Shown here one piece after another: positions 39,501 to 51,500 of a DNA stretch of 64,000 nt; within the stretch, counting starts at the first letter, position 1, and the number at the start of each line of letters is the position of its first letter. Where the stretch lies: NCBI GenBank assembly GCA_048128005.1, contig JBEUKZ010000084.1:248001-312000 (forward strand), given 5' to 3'. The translations under genes were made by a program, and so were the position numbers. Source of the DNA: Veleropilina oligotropha (taxonomy: Eukaryota). The notes under the pieces were generated by a model. The model did not search any database, was not told the origin of the DNA, and saw nothing but the letters and a program-made list of their open reading frames with translations.

Positions 39501-42500
39501 CTCGATCTCTCGTACCTAAACCTATATCTTCGTACCGAGAAATTCCAGCAAGAAACCCTCTCGAAGATTCGAGCGGCCATCCGTCCGGGCGACTGGGCAG
39601 CGTCTATCGATCTCGCCGACGCGTATCTGCATGTCCCGATGCATATCACGGCTCATCAGTACCTTCGGTTTATACACGGGGAGACGATCTACCAATTCAG
39701 GTGCCTACCGTTCGGTCTATCGTCAGCCCCGTACGTCTTCACGAGAACAGTACAGGCCCTGGGGGCCTTCCTACACTCTCTAGGGCACAGGGTACATATG
39801 TACCTCGACGACTGGCTGATCCTCGGGGCGTCCCGAGATCTGTGCCTCCGGTCTACGAGCTTTACCCTGTCATCGACGAAGCGCCTGGGATTTCAGATCA
39901 ACGAGACAAAATCCTGCTTCGTGCCCTCGACGACGTTTACGTTCCTCGGAGTCGACTTCGATACGGTCCGGTACACCGCGAAGCCGACCCAGAAGCGTAT
40001 GCGGAACCTACGCGCGGTTATCCAAGACACCCTGTCATCGGACATAACTACGGCGCGACAACTGGCCACTGTCCTGGGGCACATCGAGTCGGTAGCGCCC
40101 CTGCTACCGACGGGTCGCATGGACAAAAGACCGTTACAACAGGCTTTCAGGGATCGCTGGATACAACGGACGGGGCAGTGGAAGGATCGCATCGATCTAC
40201 GGCATTGGTTTACCGACACGACAGCAGTGTGGTTGAACCCCGCTTTGCCGGACCAGTCGGTTCCTATATCCCCACCAGAGCCGAACGCTTACCTGTTCAC
40301 AGACGCTTCGAACGACGGCTGGGGTGGTCACCTCGACAGTTACGAGACATCAGGCCTATGGCCGACAGACCTTCAGGGACGACATATCAACTTCCTAGAG
40401 TTAGAAGCCGTCTACCTGTCAGTACGGTCACTCTCGTCACATCTCCGCAACAAGCATATAATGCTCGCCACGGACAACACGACTGTCGTCGCTTACATAC
40501 AGCACCAGGGCGGTACACGCTCGCGTCCCCTATGCGACCGAGCAATAGACCTACACCGCTTAGTGATGTCCCTCAACTCGACGATTCGAGCCCGACACAT
40601 CCCGGGAAAGCTGAATGTCAGAGCGGATTCGCTCTCTCGGAGATCACAGATTATACACACAGAGTGGACGCTACACAGCCGAGTAGCTCGGGATGTTTGC
40701 CGCCGGTGGTCGCAACCCCAAGTCGACTTGTTTGCAACAGAATTCAATTACTGACTACCTCTGTATGTCTCCCCGTACCCAGACCCGGCCGCCCTGGCGG
40801 TCGACGCAATGTCAATGACATGGGAGAATCTGTCCGCGTATGCCTTCCCCCCGACGTGCATTCTATCACTGGTATTACAGAAGGCAGCGACCGAACGTTG
40901 CGAGATAACGCTAATAGCGCCCCTTTATCGCACGCAACCTTGGTTTCCGACCCTCCTCGATCTGATCGTCGATCGACCGTTAGCGTTACCGCAGAAACTA
41001 GACCTGTTAATGCAACCACGCACCCGTGTACTCCACGAGTCGCCGAACCACTTACGTTTACACGCCTGGCGGTTATCGAACGATCCCTTGCTAAGAAAGG
41101 ATTTTCTAAAGCTACAGCCTTACGTATCTATCGATCGAGAAGGATTTCCACTACAAAAGTCTATGACTACCGATGGGTTAAGTACGTGGATTGGTGTCAC
41201 AGCAGGCAGATCAATATACTCCGTCCCCCTGTGAACAAGTTTATCGAGTTTTTATCGTCGCTCTTCGACCGCGGTATGTCAGTGTCCGCCGTCAAAGGCT
41301 ATCGGGCAACGATCGCGACCACGCTAAAGCAGTGTCGTGCCCATGCTGGCCTATCAAGCGACCGAACGATATCAGATTTTATACGATCTTATGAACTCGA
41401 GATACCGACCCGAAGAATTAAGCCACCTGCCTGGAATATCGTACTTATTCTTAACGCATTACTCTTACCCCCGTATGAGCCGATGTCCGAGATAACCATG
41501 AGGAACTTGACGCACAAAACAGTTTTTCTGATCGCCTTAGCGTCGGGCAGGCGTTGTTCCGAGATTCATGCTTTCTCCTCCGAGCTAAGAGACATACGAT
41601 TCCAGTCAGACGGGTCAGTGATACTGCGTCCCATTCTGGGCTTCTTAGCCAAGAACCAGCGGCCGAACGAGGACGCACCCGATGTTGTTATTCCCAAGCT
41701 AACGCTAGTCGGAAGGCGCGACGCAGACCGCTTCAATTGCCCGGTCCGGGCGCTTCGATTCTACCTAGACAGAACCCGTGAGTTGCGACAGGGAAAATTA
41801 CTTTTATTCATATCGTATTTGCCCACCTACACCCGCGACATTACGAGGACTACTGTTTCGCGGTGGATTTCACAAACTGTGAGAGATGTTTACATCCGTT
41901 GTGATGACGACGACCGAACTATTTTATCGGTCCGCGCACATGAGGTCCGGGCCATTGCAGCGTCTGTAGCCTTCCGCCATAATCTAAATATCAATGCGTT
42001 ACTACAGGCCGGATATTGGAAAAACGCTAACGTGTTTGTCAAACATTATCTGCGCGACTACTCAACCGGGGCTGATGGCCTAAGCAGTTTGCACTGTGTT
42101 GCTGCTCAACGGGTTATTGTTAGACCGAGGTCTTCTAATCAGTAAGTAGCCTATTGTTCTCTGATTGATCATTTGCATATTTACTGACGCCATTTTATTT
42201 TCGTTGGCCAAACGGTGCTATGTAATTAACACCTATGGGGCAGTTCAATGTCTGTTCATTTCTTAAATCTAATTTAAGATTTTGTACTTCTCATGTCAGA
42301 CTGAGTGTTGACATAAGCCAGATCACATTGAATTTAATAAAACAACTTTGATAATTTTGCACAAATCTTAAAAAGATTAGGGTTCAATATTATTATGTTC
42401 TTTGCTGTAATCGAACATACGATGTTCAATACATTTAAAATGTTGATTCCTTAACATTTATTTTTAAGTAACATGTCGAACATTTTTGCTTCCTTAAAAT

Positions 42501-45500
42501 TTATTTTAAGTGACATGTCGTCCATGTTAGCGTTCGCAAGTTGGTCATGCGAACTACTTATTAATATCGATTATTATATAATCTATTAATTCTTTGCTTT
42601 TGATTTTAAAGCTTTCACAACCTGTTAGGTTCCGTGTGCTTACAAATCCGACTGCATCCTCTGGCTACCGGCCTATAGGCCCGGAGTCCCATTTGGCTGC
42701 CACTGGTCCATGACACGTAAGACCTACAGGGATTTATCCTTCCGGCCGTGCCAGGGGCTGATTGCACTTCCGTTCACCTCGTCCGACTAACACCACGGCG
42801 TATCCTCCCGGTAACACTGGTCGAAATTCTCGCCTGGTAAGAGTAGAATATAATACTCAGTAAAAATTCCACTCTAGGCGGACACACTCGACGCTTCATG
42901 CTGATCGAATTGGTGAAAAAGTAAGTCATTATCTTGTTTGGGTTTGTTGTAAGGAACGTCTTACCCACCTATCCAAGGTTATTCTGGCAAGAGTAAGGAC
43001 GTAAGTATGTTTGTAACTATATATGAGGTTTTAATGTAAACCTAATATTAGTATAAAACATACTTACGTCCTTACACGATTACCCACCCTGCGTTTCGCA
43101 TTCCTCCCCTCTACTACGTTCCTTTGTGGTTTTTGAACTTTGAATTGATGTCATGTGACTTCTATTGTTCAGAAGTCTCACGAGACTTGGCGAAGTCTCG
43201 CTAGGGAACGTGGGGGGTAGGAGCAGGGGAGGTAACCGTGTGCTTTTTTGGCTTATAACGGTGCATTATGGGACATATTCACCATTTCCGGTTTGGGCGA
43301 TAATATGCTATTATGGCAAGAGTAAGGACGTAAGTATGTTTTATACTAATATTAGGTTTACATTAAAACCTCATTTTAGATACGCTGCAGCCGTCCTGTG
43401 GAATAATCTCCCAAACAATTTTAGAGAAATATCAAGTTTTAATCAATTTAAAAACCAAATTTTATCCTGGAATGGTAAAGTATGTAAATGTGTTATATGT
43501 CAATAGGCTTTTAAAACTATATACCTTTTTAAAATCACCACCATTCTTTTAATTTTTATGAAATAAATATTGATACCGTGTTATTTTGCTTATATGTATG
43601 TTTTATGCCGAATATTTGTGCTTTACATTGTATGCTATATGTTATGTTTGTAAATGTCGGTCAAAAGCTCCTCAGAGCTTATGTTTTATTGTTATCACCA
43701 TGCCGACTATAAATAAAACTTATCTTATCTTATCTTATCTTAAACTTTGCTACAAATATGACTCGCCTCTTTCAGAATCTTCCAAATTCTCTCTACTTCA
43801 ATTTTGCTGAAGCAACTGGCCCAAATAAGTATTTGCGGTTACTGCAGATTGTACCACACAACATGGTCTTGTACGCTTAAGAAGTTCTTTAAATGTTGTC
43901 CATCCATTTTCCTGCAGTAAATCATGACATTCAAAATTGAACCAGATTGCTCATAGAGCATGTATAATTTGACATCATACTTTTTACCTTTTTGTTGGGT
44001 AAGTATTGCCGGAAAACAAGGCAACCTCGCCAAAGCACCATGTACTCATCAATCAATATTTCTATTTGCGGTACGTACACATCTGGAAACTATTCATGAG
44101 AAGTATCTTCAGCTTACGCAACCTAACCCCAGCTTGCGCTGTAGTATTATCAGCGAAATGCCGACCGCGATTGTCGATTTATCCGCCAGTCTGATCAGAA
44201 ACCATAATTGTAGAAACTTCCTCATTTCTGAATACTGCATGTATTCCCAGACTCGCATCCTATTCTCTTTGGTTTCATGTTTGCTGAGGAAATAAAATAT
44301 TTTTTTCAGCAAAACGATTTGCTTTCAGTTGTCATATCTTCAACTATTTCGTATGTCACCAGAGTGAAACTATTTGATGGTAGGTGTATCAGTGGAGAGT
44401 CATACGTTGGCAGAAATATCTGATAAAATGGTAAACTGTGTATTATTTGATGGTTGATATCCAATCACTTGGCATAATTGGTGGTGCCTGGGTGTGGATG
44501 TCACTGTCTACTTGTCCCTGGACCAATTACACCATATATTTATGTGTCCTATATGTCAGATTCTCTTACGTGTTTTCAGGATCGTTATCTGAATTGTTTA
44601 CTTCAAAATTTTCATCGTTCGACATGTCCAGCTGCCACATTACATCATCAGTACTTAATAAACTTTTTTTCTGAGAAACAGCCACCATTGTACTCTATGT
44701 CATTCCTATTTTCGGTCAAAATGAACTCATATTTTGTATTTTAATTTTAGCCAAGTGATGATTCATTTATCAGTATTACGTATTATGCGAAAGGAATTAT
44801 TATGTCTATCCCAGTGTGTACAAGTAGTCCTATACAGTGGATTCCACTTAATTGCACAACGCTTAATTTCATATTTCGGATGTTTGCATAAAATCTGCAT
44901 GAACAGAATAGTTTACTATTATTATCATATGCAAATAATCGCTTAATTGCATGCATAATTACCGGATTTTCGGTTATTTGCATAAGAAATTTTCGACTGC
45001 ATAATTGACAAAACAAAATCATTTCATTATTCAAAATACTTGCGTATTTGCCAGTATGTGTTGCTACGCCATCGTAAAGATGTTTATTCAACGGGAACAT
45101 TCGAAGTTTAACCATTTCTGCAACCTCTGGGTTTCAAAATAATTTTTATTTCCAGAAAAAGTCGAAACTGAAAGGTCGGTAAACATCGTTTCAGTGCAGA
45201 AATGTTATGGAAATGAGCGATGTCAATCGGGGATATTATGGGATGGCAGATATCGATCAATACAGTGGATAATCGGATTAAAAATCTTTTGTCCCGCATC
45301 CAAATGACTGACTTTTGGGTTTATTTGAAAGCAACATTAAAGATTAGGCATACGAATCAATGTAAAAGATGCCGTTACATGTATTCATGTGAACAACACT
45401 TAGTTCGCCGATAAATAACATAAGACAACAACAACACGTGTCTTTTCTTAAAAAAATTACAAAATTAAAAATATTATCTCCCCTGATTTGTTTCATAGAC

Positions 45501-48500
45501 GTAGCATCGTCGTTGAGAACTATGGTGATTTAATTATTATTTTAATTTATATATGAAGGCAACGTCTTTATAAGTTTTTTATATCATATCATAATATACT
45601 GAAATAATTAAATATCGCAAGAAATAATTATTCAATAATTGTAAAGACAAATCGATTCGAGATTAAAACATAGGCTAAATTTTCAACATGGCGGCCGATA
45701 ACGCGACACGTGTTCAGCAGAAGAGAAATGTTCAGAATATGAATTTTCACACCATAGTAATCTATGAAATGCAACGATACACTTTCGAAAAATATATCAA
45801 TTCTACTGAAACAGGCTGGTCACCTTCAGGTCAGAATAACCACAAAATATTGTGTATACAATCCGTATTCATGGAAGGAAAAATACATTACGCAAATTCT
45901 CCTTTGCAAATAAATTTATTACCAGGACATATATTTATAATAAGAACCATTTTAAATACAAGTAAATATCATCGAAATTTACCTAACGGTTAAACGCATA
46001 ATCCGGTTAATTGCATAAATAATCGTGACAATCTTGCTATGCAAATAAGCGGAATCCACTGTATTATGAAGAACAAGATATCTCATCTCTGGCACCATTA
46101 TAATAAAATGGAAGTCTGTGGTGTGAATTGTATTTATGTCCTATTTATTACTCTTCAGTGCCATAACATGTCCATATTACCCGGTACCTGATTGTTCTGG
46201 AAAGTTATTGATCATTATGACTATTAACTCAAAATGATTTGAACTCACTCCTGCGAAGACATTGGATGGAATCAATTTGGTGGAATTTGGAATCACCTGC
46301 ATTCCCCATGAACACATCTTTCTGGCTCATCCTTTCCTTGGCTAAGATCCATTCTATTAGTTATAAGCTTACAACCCAAAGAGAAATTGATAGAAGGCTT
46401 TGAAATATTGATGATTTTTAAAAACATCTTTGAAATTTATTTTTCCTTTCATTCACATAGTAGTAGCAAGTACACAATTACAGAGTGTCCAACCATCCCG
46501 ATCTCGGCGGGATTATCCCGATTTGGCCAGGGGCATCCCTCTTCCCGACGCGTATACTGTCGGGATGGAAATATCCCGATATTTGAGATCTTGCTAAGTA
46601 ATTGCAAAAAATTATATTTACTGTTGTTTTCCTGAACGATATAAAACGTATCACGTACATAAATGAAGACATATTTGGATATTAATATGGCGCAGGTGCT
46701 ACGTAACTATCTGCAGAGGCACGTAATTATTGTAGTTGACGGCACTGGCCAATCGACGCAAATCAGAAATAAGCGCGAAATCGATCATGGCGACGAATGG
46801 CTTGCTCCCGATTCAGTCCACGGACTTCACCGAAGGCGAGAGCAGATGGTGCGGTATCGTTAGCGAGCCTAAAGCAGCGCTTATTCTCATTGTAAACGCG
46901 AGTGCTTCACTTAAGTGACTTCATTTTTTTATTTAAAACAAGGACACAGTCGCGTTTTCGAAGATCTGCCAAATAATATTGATCAATACATTTATTTTCC
47001 AATCAAGGAATAATTGTCCCGGATATCTTTTATAAAAATCGCATCGTTTAGATGGGTATTTTGGGCTCTTTCATAAAGTGAATTGCCTTCAGGAAACGTC
47101 GGAATTGACGTTTCAGAGCTTCCTCATTTAAAAAAATTTCGGGGGGGCATGCCCCCGGACCCCCCTAGTAAACTCGCGCCTTCGGCGCTCGGCTTCGCGC
47201 CTTCGGCGCTCGGGTTCGCGCCTTCGGCGCTCCAGTCCCGATTTCGGTAAGCGTTTAGGTTGGACACTCTGCAATTATATACATATAAGAAATACATAAG
47301 ATGAAAGGAGGGATGGCGCATGAGTCAATCTTGACTTTTTCACAATGGTTGCGATGCTTGCGTCAACCCTTTAACTTAATTTATATTTCAATACATAACA
47401 GTAGATTTTTACATGAAGAAAAAATGACAAAAATACAGTTTATAGAAATATATAGAAGTATAGAAGAAAGTGGGGGTATTTTTGGTTGACCAGAATGGTA
47501 CCATGTTAATGCCAACTCTGGTGCATACAGTATAACTGCTTTTTGTATCCCCCGAAACACGAAAGTGTAAGGGGATACTATGGTTTAGCGTCCGTTACGC
47601 TGCCACGTCCTCGTCCGCCGAGAGATTCATCGTGATAGCTAGACAGACCATTTCTTAGCGGAATGTTTTCAAATTGGTATGTGCATGCCGCTGTGGCCTC
47701 CATCTTGGATTTTAAAGCATAATTCCTTGTTATCGCGCTAGACAGGTCATTACCGGGGGATACATATGCGGTTACTCGACATCCAAGATGGCCGCCATTG
47801 AGAGATTCCTCGTGATTGCTCTAGACAGGCCATTTCGTCACGGAATGTTTTCAAATTTTGTATGTACATTGGTTTGGGTGAGGACACGACACCTAGAGAT
47901 TTTGGGTATGGTCTGACCTCCAAGATGTGGCCTTCTCGGATTTTAAAGCACAATTCCTTGATATCGCGCTAGACAGGTCATTACCGGGGGGACATATGTG
48001 GTCACTTATGACTGAGCGTCTAGTTTATCACATGATTCTATATAATCTACTTTGCCCCTAGATAAGCTTATACATTATCCAGCGATATCGTGGTACATGG
48101 TACAATGATGGTTCTATATATCATTTGCCCCCAGATGAGTTCATCCAGCATACAGCGATATCGTAGTACATGTACAATGATGGTTCTATGTCTACTTTAA
48201 CGCCAGATGAGCTCATCCAATATACAGCGTTATCGTAGTACAATGATGGTTCTATATATCCTTTGCCCCCAGATGAGTTCATCCAGTATACAGCGATATC
48301 GTAGTACAATGATGGTTCTATGTCTACTTTACCCCCAGATGAGCTCATCCAGTATACAGCGATATCATAGTACAATGATGGTTCTATATGTCTACTTTTC
48401 CCCCAGATGAGCTCATCCAGTATACAGCGATATCATAGTACAATGATGGTTCTATATGTCTACTTTTCCCCCAGATGAGCTCATCCATTATACAGCGATG

Positions 48501-51500
48501 TTGTAGTACAATGATGGTTCTATATGTCTACTTTTCCCCCAGATGAGCTCATCCAGTATACAGCGATATCGTAGTACAATGATGGTTCTATATGTCTACT
48601 TTTCCCCCAGATGAGCTCATCCAGTATACAGCGATATTGTAGTACAATGATGGTTCTATGTCTACTTTACCCCTAGATGAGCTCATCCAGTATACAGCGA
48701 TATCTTAGTACAATGATGGTTCTATGTCTACTTTACCCCCAGATGAGCTCATCCAGTATACAGCGATATCGTAGTACAATGATGTTTCTATGTCTACTTT
48801 ACCCCCAGATGAGCTCATCCAGTATACAGCGATATCATAGTACAATGATGGTTCTATATGTCTACTTTACCCCCAGATGAGCTCATCCAGTATACAGCGA
48901 TATCATAGTACAATGATGGTTCTATATGTCTACTTTTCCCCCAGATGAGCTCATCCAGTATACAGCGATATCGTAGTACAATGATGGTTCTATGTCTACT
49001 TTACCCCCAGATGAACTCGTCCAGTATACAGCGATATCGTAGTACAATGATGGTTCTATATGTCTACTTTACCCCCAGATGAGCTCATCCAGTATACAGC
49101 GATATCATAGTACAATGATGGTTCTATATGTCTACTTTACCCCCAGATGAGCTCATCCAGTATACAGCGATATCATAGTACAATGATGGTTCTATGTCTA
49201 CTTTACCCCCAGATGAGCTCATCCAGTATACAGCGATGTCGTAGTACATTGATGGTTCTATGTCTACTTTACCCCCAGATGAGCTTATCCAGCATACAGC
49301 GATATCGTAGTACAATGATGGTTCTATGTCTACTTTACCCCCAGATGAACTCATCCAGTATACAGCGATATCGTGGCTGAAGGAGTTTGTGCATCTTGCC
49401 GAGCGAGCGATGTTACCGTTTGCATCTGGGATCCTGGGTGCCATCATGCCGTGTCTGGCATACGATGAAGTGTCCGGCAAACTGTATCCTTTCTATCTAT
49501 GTGTCTGTCAAATGTATTGTCTATTAACATTGATCCTATAAGAGATATTACGAATATAGAGTCTTCAGGATGAAGTCCATGTTTTCAGTAAGAACTTTTG
49601 ATGTCATCTATGTAATTGCATTTGCAGTAAACTGATTCCTAGCTGACATTTTACAATGGATATGTTTTTTAATGAACATCCAAAAAATTATTACGGATGA
49701 TAAGTTGCCGAGCGTGATATATACCTACCATAGCAAATATTTATGCGCTCTGATACTCCAATATAAAGGTGTTGATCACAACCTCTCATGACTTCATAAT
49801 TACATGAGGCCACTGGTAGTTGTGTGGTCTCAAGTGTAAACTCTGAAATCACCGACTTGACTGTTAAAACAAATCTCAGATGTGACAATGGCATTGTTTG
49901 TTAAGTTACTTATCACAGTTGTCCATAACTGACCGGAGAAGGCGAGTGTCCCCAGGCTTCCACCGGCGATAATATGGACATGTCCTGGTTTGAACCTGAA
50001 GGTTGTAAATATACAGGACATTAAGCATCGATTTAATCCAATCATAATTACATAATCTGCTACAAACAATTCATCCCATACAACAAAGTCTATTCGAAAT
50101 AGATTTCTTATGCAACACTCAGAGTACGGGATGCAGCTAAGGGGTTAAACAGCAGCCTCATGGGCCTGATCAGCTCCGAGGATGATAAGCCGACGCCCGT
50201 AAGGGAAATAATCCCCGAGATAAAACTAGAAAGTGGCGATGATGCAGGGGAGACAACTGAAGGCAGTAATGAAAATATAGTGTAAGTAAAATATGATTCA
50301 TATGTAGTTTATGATATTAATGTTTTATTTTCAACTTAAATGATGTTTTCTATGATTGAATGCAAGTTCTGTTAATACCAGGTTAGGTATCAGGTAGCAA
50401 CATATGATGTACATCGATACTGGGATCATATTAATTAAAATGGAAAATTATTATTAAAAATTTACTTTCTTCTGTACCTCTCGCTATGTAGGCCTAGGCA
50501 TGATCAAATACATCAACTATTTACTCACAAAGTTACAATTTAAATGACCATTTATCTGAGTTTCTATTATATAACATGCACGTGTACCCTGTATAGCCAC
50601 AGTGCATGATTTTATCAGGTGGGAATTAAGTTGGACACGTAATATCTAAAGTCACTCTATAACACATTTGTGTGTAAAATATAGATTACATTTAAAAAAT
50701 AATTTCAGCTCTTTGATTTTTCAGCGCTACTTCAGACATCCAGTTAGAGGTCTCCTCAGTGATCACCGTCCTGTGTAACATGCTGACTCACACCTCGATC
50801 AAAACACGGATCGCAACATTACGATGGCTCTGTCATTTGTTGCAGCATATTCCTAATAAGGTAATAAATACAGCTACTGTTGCTTGATATAACTAATTTA
50901 TAGGTAATCATACCAAAAATGAAACATATATACAGCGATCCTCAATGTACTTTAACCAATATATGCACTATATTGATAATAACATTTACATGTATACAAT
51001 ATTCACTTTTATTTATACTTGACAATTTCAATCAACTATAGATATCATTGGTTCTGCTAATATCCCAGACAGTAGCAGTATGTATATAGCTCACATTTAG
51101 TGACTATAGTTGTATTTCAATGTCACATATGTAATGTTTGTTACATCGGTCTATTATGTCTGATATTACCTGGGGCCGCTTCGGTAGCGCAGTGGGTAGA
51201 GTGTCCACTCTAAATTCACTGGCTTGTTTCCGCTGACGCGAACAGTAGTGGGATCGACCCCCGGCTGAGGCAGCACACATTTGTTCAAGTTATGAAGCAC
51301 AGTTGTCCGTGACTGGCCGAAGAGGGCGGGTTTACCCGGCGACCGGGGTTTCCTCCCGCGATAACACGGACATGTCCTGCCTTGAACCTCGATGTTATAA
51401 ATATACAGGACATTAAGCATAATTCCTCCTCCTGATATTACCTAACTGGTGTTTCTTTTTGTATATTCTTTCAGACATTTAGATATACAGAGGAATTCTT

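Larger units (their letters stand above)
35913..43373 (+). mobile_element. DIRS1-like tyrosine-recombinase retrotransposon, full length (~7.46 kb)
   Basis: Inverted terminal repeats, a right-end extension, an internal complementary region, gag, RT-RH-MT and YR frames, and no TSD. This is the diagnostic DIRS1 architecture. Confidence 0.96.
35632..43741 (+). mobile_element. 5'-truncated CR1/L2-group LINE 3' end (35632-35912 plus 43375-43741), split by the DIRS insertion
   Basis: [34 protein letters not shown] joins in frame to [39 protein letters not shown] and a (TTATC)n tail lie at ~43712-43741. Confidence 0.88.

Noticed and set aside
37774..41678. Antisense and third-frame ORFs inside the DIRS element (e.g. 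38804-39439, 38656-39129)
   Set aside because: Expected shadows of GC-rich coding sequence; no recognisable motifs.
48046..49373. CRISPR-like appearance of the regular arrays (also 59964-60591 and 11370-12225)
   Set aside because: There are no unique spacers and no cas genes, and the context is eukaryotic introns. The units are whole-unit tandem copies of splice junctions.
48121..49480. Minus-strand repeat ORFs ([22 protein letters not shown])n
   Set aside because: By-product of 66-bp units; broken by every 68-bp unit.
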